This document shows, one piece after another, positions 1 through 14,584 of a stretch of 64,000 nt of DNA. Under the pieces are notes generated by a model. The model searched no databases. It worked only from the letters and a program-made list of their open reading frames with translations, and was not told the DNA's origin. Position 1 is the first letter of the stretch. Each line of letters opens with the position of its first letter. The stretch lies in the NCBI RefSeq assembly GCF_964355755.1, contig NC_092677.1, positions 8,020,101 through 8,084,100 of the forward strand, written 5' to 3'. Source of the stretch: Antedon mediterranea (lineage: Eukaryota > Animalia > Echinodermata). Both the position numbers and the translations under genes were made by a program.

Positions 1-273
1 GTATGCCTCCTGTTAAAACCACTTAGACCATGAAAATGGGCCTGTTAGCATTACTGTAGGATGGTACAGCATGTCAAATATCGTTTTGAAAATTGTATGG
101 AAAATGGCCCAGAGGAATAAAAGGAATGTTTTTGCTTCTCGAATGTTTAAATATGGAGTTCTCCTTATGAAAATGGAGATACTGTATGTAACATTCTTTA
201 ATTGGGTATGTCAGTCAACAAGTCTGGTAACCTTTTTTTTTTCCAATCTAGATTAACAAACAAGACTGATTAC

Positions 274-866
274 CTTAATCTTAACTGGAGGAAGTTCTTC
301 TTGTGTTTCACTAGGCACATTCGACTCAATGTCAGGCTGTTCTAGTTTAACACTGAAAAAAAAAATTATTTATTATGGTAAACTCTCCAAAAACAAGTCT
401 AAGATAAGATCAATCAATAGGTACTATTGAAAATGCACTTCGCAAACTAACTTTGAAGAAAATCTTCAACATTCCTCACTACTTAAATGTATATAATAAA
501 TATATGATCATCATGTTGCATGGTAATAACCGCAAACAGGATTCCAAAGGTTACGAGCATTCTGGGTACTATTAAAAGAATTTAAATCCTGTGAGGGCAC
601 TGTTTAACATGGTACAAAAAAAAAATCTCAACAATAAATTGGCACTTGTCGCCTACAGGTATATTACTGTATAATAGATATCAGCCTTCTATTCAATTTG
701 AAGATGGAACTCCTGTATTGAATATTGTAGTATCTAGTGTAAGTTTATTTTATTTATAAACTTACCTTTTCTTAGAATGCGCACATAGAAGCAGAGCTAC
801 CACCAACAGCACACCACCAATAACACTGAGCATGCTCAAACTTGTAGCTGTTGCTATGGCGAACAT
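274..866 (-). CDS. Unidentified single-pass (N-terminal anchor) membrane protein, 5' part; gene continues beyond the left edge
   Basis: Coding exons 866-766 (ATG, donor AG|gtaag) and 352-274 (poly-T cag acceptor, donor AG|gtaatc) join in phase 2 to give MFAIATATSLSMLSVIGGVLLVVALLLCAHSKKSVKLEQPDIESNVPSETQEELPPVKIK. The first coding exon has an acceptor at 937. A probable non-coding first exon ends at 13859 (CAG|gtaagg), divergent from RPLP1. Confidence 0.7.
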
Positions 867-3800
867 AATGATGTTCTATTTTCTGGACACACCATAAAGA
901 TCCAACTGTTTTCTATAAAATTATTTTGTTAACAAATCTGTAAGATATAAAGAATCAAGTAGTGATATTTATGTTCACTAAATTATTATTATTAAGCTAA
1001 AATCTGATTTGAAAAAAAAAAATTCCAAATGTTCCTCTGTAATTTACAGCAAGGAATTTACCCTCTTGAACGATATTGGTCAGCGGAACTGTATAAATCA
1101 AACACTGGGTACTTACAATTATAATAAAAAATGTTATGCCAAAAAATTGTTCCTGTTTTTGTTGTTGTTTTAGTTTTGATAAATTTTGAAAAGATAGAAT
1201 TAAACAGTCACAAGATTGAGCAAGATTACATGTACCCATGAACAGTAATAAATATTATAGTGTTGAATATTATAAGTATTACAAATTCTGATTAAATCTG
1301 TAAATATTGATTGATCTTATAATGACAATTGATGAAGTTGATTCACTTCAACTAGCAGACTAAAACTATTCTACTGCAGTAACTGCTGTACAGTAGCTAG
1401 GTTTTGTTGACTGTACTGTACAACAATAGAATCAGGTAGTTGTTAATTGTAACCCCTGGTAGAATGAATGATGTACAAAACTGATTTAAATGACAGTACA
1501 AAACCACAATAAGATAAATCTAAACATAAATACTGTAGTTCATAAAAACTATACAGATCTTTACTTATATTTGCATAATTATATCAATGACTGCATGTAC
1601 AGATATACTACTATATATTTATTTCTAATAAAAATATTTTCATTGAAAGATAATGTCCCTGTATCACATACTGTAATAATATTTAAAAAATTGAATCTTA
1701 AAGAAAATTGTTTACCTAAAAAAATATTAAAGAAAAAAAATGTTTTTGGTTTAGTCTTTGAAGTGAAATCATTATTTTTTTCCTTTTCTTTAGTTTAGTT
1801 ATTTCAAAGTTTTGTAAAACAGTGAGTGTAACGATAGTGGTTTGATTACCCAAAAAGCTTGAAGAAAAAAAGTACTGCAACAACTGCAGTAGAATAATTG
1901 TGACATGGTCCCTAAATAAAACTAAATTTACTGAAAAATATTGATCGTCTCGCAGTTGCAAGCTTTCACGTCCGTTTTTAAATCGTTAATGTTGATTTAA
2001 CTATGACAGTTTTCACTTCACAGATAACTACTCTGAATTCAAGCGACGACTTTAGTGTGTTACGTCAATGTCTGCCCTTGGAGAAAAAATACCGATCATC
2101 AAATCTAAATATTTAAACATTTATATGGACATAAGATATAAATTTTGTAATGAAAATCTCAAAGGGATCATCGCTACAATTTAAGACTATACTAAAGAAA
2201 GATCAATCAATAACGATAAGTCTGTTATAATCTAAAAAAAAAAAGTTTATGAATTTTTAATTGAAAAGAGTCTGAGGCATGAAATGTTTTATTCTCTATG
2301 TTCATGACTATAACACAACAGATAGTCATTGAAGTATGGCATCCTACATATAGTACACTTCTCCCAAGTTATGTTACGTTTCGATTTTTGTCTGGTTATC
2401 GAGCTAAAAGACACTATGTGCCAAAATATTTTTCTTTTTACTATATCAAGTCGAACAGTCCAGAACCTCTAGTGGTTCCATCTAATGGAATCCATGTTTG
2501 TATTTATTTTCTTCTTAAAATTAAATATGAAATATAGACTAGGGCTCGAAATTGACACTACCAAAATAGAAATTTGCTATTGTAGATCTGTCACAATTAT
2601 ATGACAATTTAAAAACTATCTAATGTTTTTTGTTACTGTAGGCTTGCTCAAAATTTTCTTTCTCAGAAAAACTGGTGTTCCCACTGAAAAATGATTTACC
2701 TACATAGAACTTTGGATTTGGAAAGTTGTTGCACTACACAGTAATATAAATTTCAAAATTCTGTATTCTATACATGACATCAATATGACCTAGTGCTTAT
2801 CCTGAATATTATAATAATGATTAACTGTTGTATGACTGGTAATTACAGCAAGGTGTATACTTGATTTTTGTATTTAACACTACTGCCTAATTTCCCAAGT
2901 GTAAAAGCAACAATTATCTTGTTTCCTATGTTCAAGGATTAGCTTCAAGTCCCTTGGAATTTACTGTAGGTACTGAGTAAATAAACTGTTTTTTCTTCTA
3001 ACAAATAGATCTTGATCCTACTGTATAATGAGAAAATTTTGTAAGCAAAACATAGTTAAACATGGTAAAAAGTGATTTTATAACTCTATTGAAACAACAA
3101 GTTGCATAGGAAGTACTATACTGTATAGTTTGTTACAGAAACATAATTATGATTTTTAGGATTGTATTGTGACAGTATTTATAACAATAACGTAAAATGC
3201 CATCAAAGTAAAGTGCTGAAATAAAAAGTGGGGCTGTCACTTAAAAATTATGCATAGTAGATTTAAAAACCTCTACAGTATGCTAGAATACAGAATCTGG
3301 TCAACCTACTGTATCATGTCATGTGTTCTTTACTTCGCTTTTAAAGTGAACACAGGCAATTGTGTATGAACGTTTCGTTTATCTATTCGGCAAGCATAAA
3401 ATCAATATAATATATGTATTTAATATATTCAAAAAGAGATGAAAAAATGCTGGGCAGCTTAAAAAACATTGATGTACTGTAACTCAAACTTCATAAACAT
3501 TTGTCAATAAAATTATTAGTCTACAAATAAAAAAGAAAAGAAAAAAGAGTTTCAAGAAGGGGGCTACAAAGTGTGTCATTCTCACCCTAATCGCTCAACC
3601 ACCAATCATAAACTATAATAACAAACACATTTATTTTATGGTGTTATCCTGACTACACTGTACTGTACACATTCTTTATTTACAAAAATCAAAACAAACA
3701 AGAATCTGCAAATTTATCTAATAATATTGACTGTGGCAATTGAGTGGACAATAAACAATGTCTGTTGATACTGTGTAGTGATTTTCAACTGGCATGTACA

Positions 3801-6800
3801 GTAGAAAAATGTAAAACTGCAGAGCAGAGATCCTCCCCTCCAATTGGAAAGGTGAAATATTGACCATTTGAATGTACAGTGGATAGGCAATGCACTTTCT
3901 AGTTTTGGGGGAAAACATTTTTTTTTAAACATTTTCTGTATTCATACATTACCAGGATATTTTTTTATATCAAGAAAAATTTCTTATTACTTTCTGAGAA
4001 TGCGCATAATGAATTTCCGAGTTTGAAAGTCCACCACACTATGTTTCGATACTATCAGTATAAGTGGTAGGCCTACTGTCTTTTAAAGCCCATGGTTAAG
4101 AAGGCTAGGCTAGGTTGTCGATTTGTCTAATATTACTGTGTTTTACCAGTGTTTTGCATGATTTTTAGGCCAAATCGTAGTTTTTTCCTTTTATTCATCT
4201 TGATTTCCATAGTACTGTAAGAACCTTGAATTCGAAGGGTTGTAACATGGCTATGCGTACAGTACATGAAGACAATAATGTGACTCATTTGCTGCAATAT
4301 CAGCTGTTATCAATATATCACAGACTGCACACATATGCATTCATGCTGGATTACTCTCATATAATCAAGTAGCAATAAGCTTTACTCTTGGGTAAATTTA
4401 GCTTTGTTAAACATATTCCTGAAATCTGTAATTTATTGATTGTACTGCTATCCAGGTTTTACTAGACTTTAGATTATTCCAGGTCCCCTACTGAAACTGA
4501 AGTATTTTTTTTAAATAAAATTGATAAAACTTCCTGAAATATAATTATTACTCAAGTCAATATGTAAATTTAAAAGATAGACATTACACACTTTTAACTG
4601 TGATTAAAAAACTGTACAAAACTGTACACATTTTTCAAAAATAATAATATTGAGTGAGTACTTTCTTTATTCCATTACAATCATTTATGATTTTTACAGC
4701 CGAGTCACAAGAAAAAAAATTACATGAACCAGTTGATTTATTAACTGTAATAGACAAACTATATCTTTGGAATTAAAATATTTAAATTAATAATTTCTTA
4801 AGTTATTATATTGTATTCTTATTTATGTATTTAATTAATTGAATACCTGTATACTGCTTATACCATTGGTGGCACAATAAATTATTAAATTATTAGATTA
4901 GAAGAACAGTCAATACACTAGGCCTTTGGAATTCAACTATTCCACTTCTTCTCTTTTAAATATAATTTGTATGTCACATGTATTACAGTGTACATTAAGA
5001 GCCAAGTTATTAACCTCCTGTTATTCTTGAATATTCATATAGAATCATCGTTCATATAGAGGTCATCTGAATGTGTCATGCAAAAAATTAATGAGCAATT
5101 TTATTATTTAAAAAATTAATATTTAATGAAATCATTTGGGAAACTGTCCAGAGATTAGTCATCCAATAATGATGGTGAGAAAAACTGCTATAAAAAAAGA
5201 TAAATTGACTTAAGATCAATATGTTAAATCTGATGAGGAAGATACCAGGTGATAATACATGTTTAGGCAGATGATACATTTGCATGCCAGGTGTTAAACC
5301 TATTGTATCGTGACAGACTTTCATCCGGTATCACCTGGCCTCTAACCAACCATTTTATTTCATTATGATTATCAATAATTGTAAGCAATTAAAAAAAAAA
5401 TAGGTTGGTGATCTTGCAGTAAGGGCATATGTCATATGTCAAAGTTTCTTTAATTACAAAATACTCTATGTTTTTGTTAATACAGTAGTATATGCACTGT
5501 ACTCTTGGTGCTAATAAAAAATTGACCAGTTCAGTTTTCAGTTATTTACCCGGATAAGTTGATTCATGTGCACATTTATTGCTAAGTTTGGTGGGTAGGA
5601 ACAATAAGCCTGAACAAGTTGAATATTAACATTGGGGTGAAAAGTTAAACAACACAGAAGTTTGTCAATTTTGACAATTCTAATGCAATTAACTTCTTAC
5701 GATTTCCTGAAACTCAGTAAAAACATCCCCAAGGAATCTTTCACTGCTGTACTTGAAAATTATTGAGTGATCATTTATAAAAAAAATGTTTAAGCACATT
5801 AGAAATGGCGGAAATTGGAATGCTAGAAAATGATACTAAGCAAAATGCAATCACTTTATGACTAAATGTTTAAATAAACACAATGGAACTAATAAACATG
5901 TGTACGGTTTCAATTTGGCATTTAAACTGCTGCACTTTTTGTTTGATTTTATTGGTTTGTTTATTTTTTGCACTGTTTTTATTTCATTTTCTGGCTCCTC
6001 TCTATGTCATTATGTTTCACTTTAAATGTCTATTGTTTTCTGGAACTGTATGTTCATTTTTATATGTTTTTGAAAAATAAAAAAATATAAAATATACTAA
6101 ATATACTTGATATAATATATTTGATCACCACAACTGTACGAAAAATGTTGACGAACTGAGTCTTTACAATTTTTCCACAAAAATACAACTCTTGAATGAA
6201 AAGGAGATGGCAGGACACATTGCAAGAATATCATACAGTACAATAAATGGAGAAAACAAGAATACAGCGTGGCAACCTCAAACTGAAAAAAGAAAATGAA
6301 TGATCATCAAGAAATATATGGGAACCTCCGAATTGGAAAATAATATTATCCTCAGAAATAGATAGAGAAATAGTTTGAGGAGGGTTACTGATACAATTAG
6401 CAGTGGATAACATTAAATCTAATGTTTTCCAACAAACCACTTTTAGAAAAAAAAAAATCTGCCAGAGCTACAGTATACTGATACTGTACACTGCAATAAA
6501 AACGTATTTCAGTAAATGTTGCTTTTTAATACAAAAAAACACGTGTAATTTATTTAACATCATGCTTAATCTTTATCATTATCTATTCAAACACACAAGT
6601 CCAACTCACATAGCTTGTTCACACCTTATTTTGAAGCTTAATTTATGGACGATGACAACCGAGCTCTACTGTAACTGTAAATGTAATATGAAAGATATTG
6701 GACCTACTTCGCAGAAAAAGATCAAATTATATCAGCATTTTGTGAAGATGTTATCGTTGTTGAATCTGGCAATTTTAAAGAATGATAAACATGAACTTGG

Positions 6801-9800
6801 AAGGGTAAATTATGTTGGGTAAAATGGGTTGGGTAAATGCAATCAGACATTAAGAATCTGTACAGTACTGTATATCATCATAATTATTATTTCTATATGT
6901 TTAATGTTAATACAGGAAACGAATGTACTGTACTTGTAATACTTTCACATTCTACAGGAAATATTTCAATTGACAGTAATTTATAAATATAATAATTATT
7001 ATTATAATATTTGTCAGCATTTGTTAACAAATCTGAGAGAAAGGATATCACCAGTGAGCATATGGTTTTTGTAATTTTTTTTTTAATGGCCAATTTTGTA
7101 TTCAATTTTTTTAATGCATATCTTTTTATTCTATTATTTTAAAAATTAAATATTTACAATTTTAAATTATAATAAAGGTATTAGTGAATGGTCTTGGAAA
7201 AAAATTTAAAAAAATTATATGGCAATAAAAAATTAATAATAATAAATACAGTACAGTACTTTCACAAAGTTAAATTAAAAGTACTTTATCATTATAGAAA
7301 CTTATTACTGTCTATATTCTTTCTGGTAATTTTTGTTTGTAAATTGTGCATGTACATTTTATCTTATTTCATCTATCATGATTGTTTAGTGACACTGAAT
7401 CTGAATATTAAATCAGAATTGTTATACACATACACTATCAGTACACATTTCCTTAAATTAATCAAAACCATATTTTCAAATTATCATCAAAAAGAATATA
7501 AAAGATTTGCACATTTTACTTAATTCTACTACTGCTCAAACATAAAAACACGATATTGAACATGCATGCAAACTGCAGCCCTTCATTGACCTTTTCTACG
7601 AGTCATTCTAATGCATCGGAAATAATTATTTGCACGTCAGGCAGGTAAGTTATAGCGATCTGTGAGTGGATTGTTTCCGATGCCCGATGCAAATAAAGAT
7701 TGCAAAAACATCCGTCCAGGTAATGCATACGAAATAAAATATTAATGAATGTTTTCAGGCCAAAAAAATGTAGCAACGATTTTTATGCATCAAATTTATT
7801 TTTTCATGAGATTTTGTTTCTTATTTCAGATTAAAAGGTTGCATATTATTTAGCATGGGATCCTTTTAGATAAATTAAACAACAGTGGCTTACTACAGTA
7901 TACTAGTTTTCAAAATAATAATATTCTTCATTATGATAATTTAACTTTCATTTAATATTGATTTTGTCTGTTTAAATGTTTGTTCAATTTTATTTAAATT
8001 ATCTTACTGAAAGAAACAAAACAATTTGAATTTCAAAGTAAATACAGTAAATAGAGTGCTAAATAAATAATTTTAAATTTTTTCTAAAGAAAACCTACAG
8101 ACAAGCATGGTAAAATACAAAGTTCCGAATAATGTATATTAATTATCAAATGAAGAGGGCTATTACTGTATTGTTTGTAGTATGCATGGCAACTACGAAA
8201 CATTTTGTTAATTAATTACGGTATTTTTTCTATAATTCAGGATTACTGAATACTGATCGGTACCTGGTAAAACGGACATAAGCGGATTGAATGAAGCGAG
8301 TAAACATCAGTTGTCAGCTGTACAGTACCATGGCATGTCTCATTAGTTATGCATATCCAGGTCAGCATTTAAACAGAACTCAAATTATAATAGTTTAATA
8401 TAGTATTTTCTAAGAGCGTTGAAGTGGAATGAGTGTAAAAAAAAGTAAAATACCCTAATCATTTTTCCTTCTATAGAATTATCCAATTATTCTTATTCTC
8501 CTTACAGTATATAGTATATCCTATAGTACTTAAAATAGAAACAAACCTACAAACACATTACCAGAAACTTTCATTTTTCTTAATCGTAATAATGATGTGA
8601 TAAATTACTGTTATGAGCAACATTAGAATTTTGAAATTCTAAAATTCATATTTTTCAATATCTGTATTTGTTTGCAAAAAAAATGTTACTCTGCAATTCC
8701 TTACAGTACAGTATAGTACTGTAGCTATACAGTATTACAAATTTTGTTTAAACAAAATGTTAGTTAACAGTAACTGACAAGAATAATTTTTAAATTCAAA
8801 TTTCTTTGCATTTTAGAAACTGGCAATAACTGTTTCTTTAAATCATTTTATTAACCAATATTTTCATAAGCAATAAATATATTTTCGTTTATAAAATACT
8901 ATAATAAATAATAGATTGATGACAACTGACATTCATAAACTGACTTCTGATTATTAATGGTTTCCTCTATTAAACTGTTATTGTTGGCTATATAACTATA
9001 GTATAACAAACTGTACTGTACACACCCAATAATTTACAATTCATAATTAGATCATTAAGATACCTTTATTGTTACCTTTCCGTGACCTTTTAGTGGATGT
9101 AACTTTAATAGCTCTGGGGTTATTGAACGTGTCATAGTACAGAATAATAATAATAATAATATTAATATATCATTGCATTTTTTAAATTTAAATAGCTTTA
9201 TAGCATATTGAAAAGAGGAATGCTGAATGGATAAGTTTAAGAGCAATGTTAGGAAAACACAGGCTCCCGGCCCCCGTTATTTTAAAAGCCTGGATTCGCC
9301 ACTGTGTACAGGACATTTAAGGTTTACTGTACTACTGTAATTTGACAGAAGATGGGTGAAAAAAGGCTGATAAAAAGGAGAGTACCTCCTCTTTCCCACT
9401 CCACCCCTCCTCTTTACAACTCTGCCCCGCATCTTTCCCACTATGCCGCGCGTCCTTTCCACTCCGCCCCACCTCTTTTCAAACATCCTGGATCATCCCC
9501 TGAATTACTGTAGGTCAAATGAAATGGAACAATTTCAAAAACGAAATATATATGGTCAAATGCCTTGCTTACAGCAAATTATCATCACTTCCTTCGATAA
9601 AGATACAGTAATGTAATAAGTAACGGTACAGTATGTTAATGTTAAATCTACATCAGAATCTTCTAGAAAGTAGTATCCGTCCAGTAGGCTACAGACTATT
9701 GATGATTACATATGAATGATCAAATCTACTGTACTATCGTTAATACTTAATGTTATAAATAATTTGCACAAGAAATATAGTGTTCATGTGGAGTTCCTGG

Positions 9801-10179
9801 TTACTGGAATAATTCTATTAATTAAAAAAGGTTAATGCCTTTTGGTTGAATAAATATTATGAAACAATTAGATTAGATGTTATCAATTTGGTAACATTAG
9901 CAACATACAGTAGAATGGATTCTCTTTATAAAGCAGATGGACCTCCATTTAAAGTTCCTGAATCAGTAGGCATACAGTACAGAGAGTCACCTTTGAAGGC
10001 TGGGATGGGCTGTTTACAATATGCAGTGGGTGTCAAAAATTTAAAGGTGGCAGGAAAGATGATAAAAAGGTACTGAACTGTAGATGAGGATAATTCAATT
10101 CAATTCATCTTTAATTCTGAATTCTTAATAGAGACGAAGAAGAAGTGCCAAACAGTTACTGATTATATAAAAGGTTGGA

Positions 10180-10610
10180 AAAAATAAGCCATTGAGAATT
10201 AAGGCTTGGTTCTCAAGAACTATGGAACGGACATACAGGTAGTTACAGTAATATCAAAATGTGGTCTAATTACAGACATACAGTATTAAAAAAAAACTAT
10301 GAAACTGTACTGTTGGTGAACACTGAAACTATACCAAGCCGAGAACCCTAATAAAGACCTTAACATAAACTGGAACATTGGTGAAATAATTTTGGCCAGA
10401 ACCTCAGACTTAGGCTAACTTACTGTGTGAACAATGTATACTCTACCCTAAAATAGCCATTGTATCCTGATTTTAACATCCATATTATGTTGGAATTGGT
10501 ACTAACCCAGATCTGCATTTAACCCACATCTTTCATTGTACAATACTGTGAGTTCAAAATTGAAACTTACTATTGTATGTACATACCTGGATACAGGATA
10601 CTGGATACTG
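10180..10610 (-). mobile_element. Highly decayed LINE (CR1/L2-like) reverse transcriptase remnant
   Basis: Minus strand near 10250-10290 reads like the conserved 'LY.SVIRPHFDY' block found after the RT domain; the frames are broken. Confidence 0.3.
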
Positions 10611-10729
10611 ATCCTAAATTAAACTTCAAACAGGATACTCAAGATTGAGAAATCCAACTACGGTAATGAAATAGGAAACACTGATTTGATACTCTGTTTC
10701 AATGAATACAGTTTAGTGAATACATAATA

Positions 10730-11065
10730 AATTCACTCATTAATAAAAACAATAGCAAGTAGTTATGATGCTATTTGCATTGTCCATTATTTACAATATT
10801 AGCTTTAATTATTTGTTATTCAACAAGGGACATACCAATATCCGAATAGATAAAATATTATTATAAAAAATTACATATTAACTCGCTCATTAAACTAAAA
10901 CAATAACAAACAGTTATGATGATAATGGAATTACCTGTATCCATTATTAAAAAAATTTACTTGAATTAATTTTTTATTCAAGGGTAGGGTATACCAATAG
11001 CCGAATAGAAAAAATAATTATATAAAAAGAAATTATCAATGAGTCATAGAATGACTCCACCCTAG
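10730..11065 (+). repeat. ~150-bp tandem duplication ending in hairpin + CTAG (Helitron-like 3' end)
   Basis: 10730-10860 is similar to 10880-11020; followed by GAGTCA-tagaa-TGACTC-cacc-CTAG|T at 11041-11066. Confidence 0.4.
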
Positions 11066-13699
11066 TTTATATTCAATAATGTAATATTTATTGATCAATA
11101 GGGTTTGGCAAAAAAGTGAACATTTACAGTTAGTAGCAGTTACAGTGTTATTTTATAAATTTAATATTTAAGATTTGTTTACTCTTTCTTAACATATTTT
11201 ATTTTATTTTCCTGCCATTTTGGTGTGAGAAGCATGTTACTGATTCCATAAGCAGTAACCTTGTCTGCCTCATTTTCAACACATTCAGTCACATCTTTTA
11301 CTTTATATTAATTATATTTACACTACAGACACCTTTGCATCACTTTTTTTTAACCCCTCCATACTACCCATTCATTCACGGTGTTCAGAAACACAATAAC
11401 AGCCAAAATGCCGATGTCAGATGATTTGTTTCTGTATCTGTATTATTTTTAATTACATTTTAATATGAAAAATTAAAAAAAAACAATATTTGTGGGGTTT
11501 TTTGTACTATTAATACAAAGATTGTTATGACACGAACATTTTATTACATTTTGCATAGAATACTATTATTTAGAACTTATATGATAATTGTGAAGGTGTG
11601 GTGTATTAAAAATGGTGATGATGGGCTGCATTTTTCATACCAATATCAATGTTATGTTCCATGGGTTGGTTTTAAGCTTTGACTCATTCACACTACACAT
11701 TCCAATTTTTAATAAGCAAAAGAGAAACTTTTCAATTTTGTTAGCAGCTTTTCTGTTAAATGAAGTGCTTTTTGTAGATACAGTATGTACAGTATACAAT
11801 GCTCAGTGGTGTTTAATATTTTAGTTTAAATATAAAGTTATTTTTTTACTGTTGTCATATACATGAAAACTATCAAAGGTGAAATCCATGCTTACGTATT
11901 ACAATCTGTATTGTTTATTTGTCTGTAGGTTGGTATGTTAATAACGGGAAGTCATAGGGGAATCCCCATACAGTTACTAGACATTTTCACCTTACCTCTC
12001 TAACCAAAGACTATAGTACTGTAAATACTATGGGGAGGGTTTTATGCATTTAAAGTCTTAATAAAAGTATGAACAGCATCTATCATTACTTTTTAAAATG
12101 AACAATTTTAGAAACTTTAATACCACCATTTAAGAAACCATATCCTCCATAAGAAACCAATAGACTACAGTATTTTGTAATATCCAAATTTTAGGCTTAG
12201 TGTTTAGTATACATTGGTTCATACAGTAATATTCAATGTGTGTTTGTTACTGTACCTTGTGTAGAGCACCATGGATATTTAACCTCAATATTTATACAGT
12301 AATATGAACATAATAGAAAGCCTTTTTTGGATATAAATCATAAACTGTTCACTGTAATTGCATAAACAGGCTCATACACTTAACTTAACTAAAGTTGTTA
12401 CTGCCGTAAAAACAGGTTTACCGTGCAGTAGAGCAATATTGTTTCTTAGCGTTTCAATGATTTGGATGCCCAAATATGGAAAATAGGGATATCAAATTGT
12501 ATGTATTAGCCTAAAGAAAAGGACCAAGGATATCAAACACAATGAGCTGACTAGAGCTCTATGATATCATTTCCTATGTTTTGGTAATGGTCATTACAGT
12601 CTATGCTTTGTTCCATATGAGACATACTGATAGCATCCTTTAAGTAACAATACATGTTATTATGTTTTATAACCAATAACTAAATTTGAAACTATTTTGA
12701 CATAATGACACCGATTTGTTGGGTTTACCGCAAATGTGTGTATTTAACAAAACGAGGGTAAATAAAGTTTAGATTCTAGACTGTGTTTCGACTTAATATA
12801 ATGATAGAATATAAGCATTTTTGCACAAAATTGAATAATAACTGGTGCAAGGTGGACTAACATTAACAATGAAAAAAAAATCATATACAGACTTAGGGCA
12901 AATCTGGGTAAATATGTAGTTTACTAATTCGTATTCATATACTGCATAACTATATAAGAAACTAAAAAATAGAAAAAAAACTAACACATCACTCTATCAA
13001 CGCATTGTTAGACCATAGGCCCTACATAAAACAAAAGATTAAATACTTTTACAAAAAAAAAACACATCTAAACACACAGCCACTGTGCAAATTGGGACTG
13101 GACCATTTTAGAGGTGTTTACCACCTGTTGGTCCAGATCCTTCACTAACTGAGTTAGTGAGAAGTCGAATAAATAAATAAATAAAAATAAATAAACAATG
13201 TCAGACAAATTTCCTTTTTTGGATGACATTTTATTGATACAGTATGTTGTAGATCAAGTCTACAGTCATCATACGTACTATTATAGCAGGGAGTTAAACT
13301 CCCTGATTATAGTAATAATGATTTTCAAACCTAATTATGCAAAATCTGTTAGCTAGTTTTATACAGTATGGTATGATACTCTCTGGCCTTACAGTACAGT
13401 TTTTAAACATTACTGATGGACGACCACATTAATAAAATAATGAATCTATCATCTTTACTAATTAATATCTAAGCCTAAGTGTTACTATTTATATGTAGGC
13501 CTACTAGTAGTACTTTGTCAAGCCTAGGTCTAGCAAGTTAAACAACCACTGGATCCACCAAGGACAAGGTCAATAAATAGTAAAACTCCTTAGTCCTACA
13601 TCTATGACAAACATGGTCAACTATGCTAGGCCTAACCCATGTGTATTATGTAGGTCATGAACCCGCTCTTCTTGTCGTGTGTGTTATTTCATTCTCAGC

Positions 13700-14460
13700 A
13701 GAAAACACACAACGCCCGACGCTGCTATCGACTGATGAAGCGGAAATACCATTTCCAGGTTCACTTTCCCAACTGCTAGCTAGCATAATATGGAAACAAG
13801 AAATTTGTTTTTGTATGTAAGTTTGAAAACAAATATTTTGGAACAAACTGTACCTTACCTGATTGTGCATTCTTCAGCATATTTCAGATAATCTACATGG
13901 CGATATTCTGCGATGAGTTCATGTTACACACCCGGAAATGTTGTGTTCCTTTTTACTCTAAGCGTAAACATTGGAAATTAAAGGTCAGGGGGCATATAAC
14001 GTAGTCGTCAATTATAATTTTACACAAAACTATTTTTACATTGTTTATTTTTGTATTTAAAAAAAGAAAGTTATATAGATTTAATTTTTATAAATCAAAA
14101 CGTGAAAGTTAATATTTTCTGAAATGTACTATTTGTATTAATGAATATTTTTATCATTTTTCTTTAAACACTAACTTAATGTTAATAGTATAGAATTAGT
14201 TTGTTCTATTAATTGCATGGGTAAATTAGAATAAATGTGGAAAAAGTTAATAAATACATAATTACATACATTTATTTTCTTTATCATATGATATAGTGTT
14301 AGGCATACTTTTATTTTATTTTCACTATTGTACCAATGTGTTTTGAATATACTAAGTATTATTACAAGTATAATTATTTTTACTCAACCCGAGAAACATC
14401 AAGGCCAATTTGAATATGGATTATTCCAAGAGCTTGAATATCGGTCTTTTCGCCATTTAC
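13700..14460. promoter_or_regulatory. Divergent promoter region shared by RPLP1 and the minus-strand gene; TCT/5'TOP start for RPLP1
   Basis: Local CpG enrichment, ETS-like CGGAA motifs (~13741, ~13933), and pyrimidine initiator tCTTTTC at 14445-14451, typical of ribosomal protein genes. Confidence 0.6.
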
Positions 14461-14584
14461 CACAGTAAAGGTACACTGTTCTCGATTGAGCTTAGGCCAA
14501 AATCTGGCAACGTGTACTATATTTAACTGCCATCGAATTCTAAATTTACCAAATAAACGTTCTTTGATAACTAATTGATATAAA

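Noticed and set aside
997-13000. Many 60-140 aa ORFs in the ORF track
   Set aside because: Low-complexity F/I/L/K-rich translations of AT-rich intron, with no motifs or consistent splice structure.
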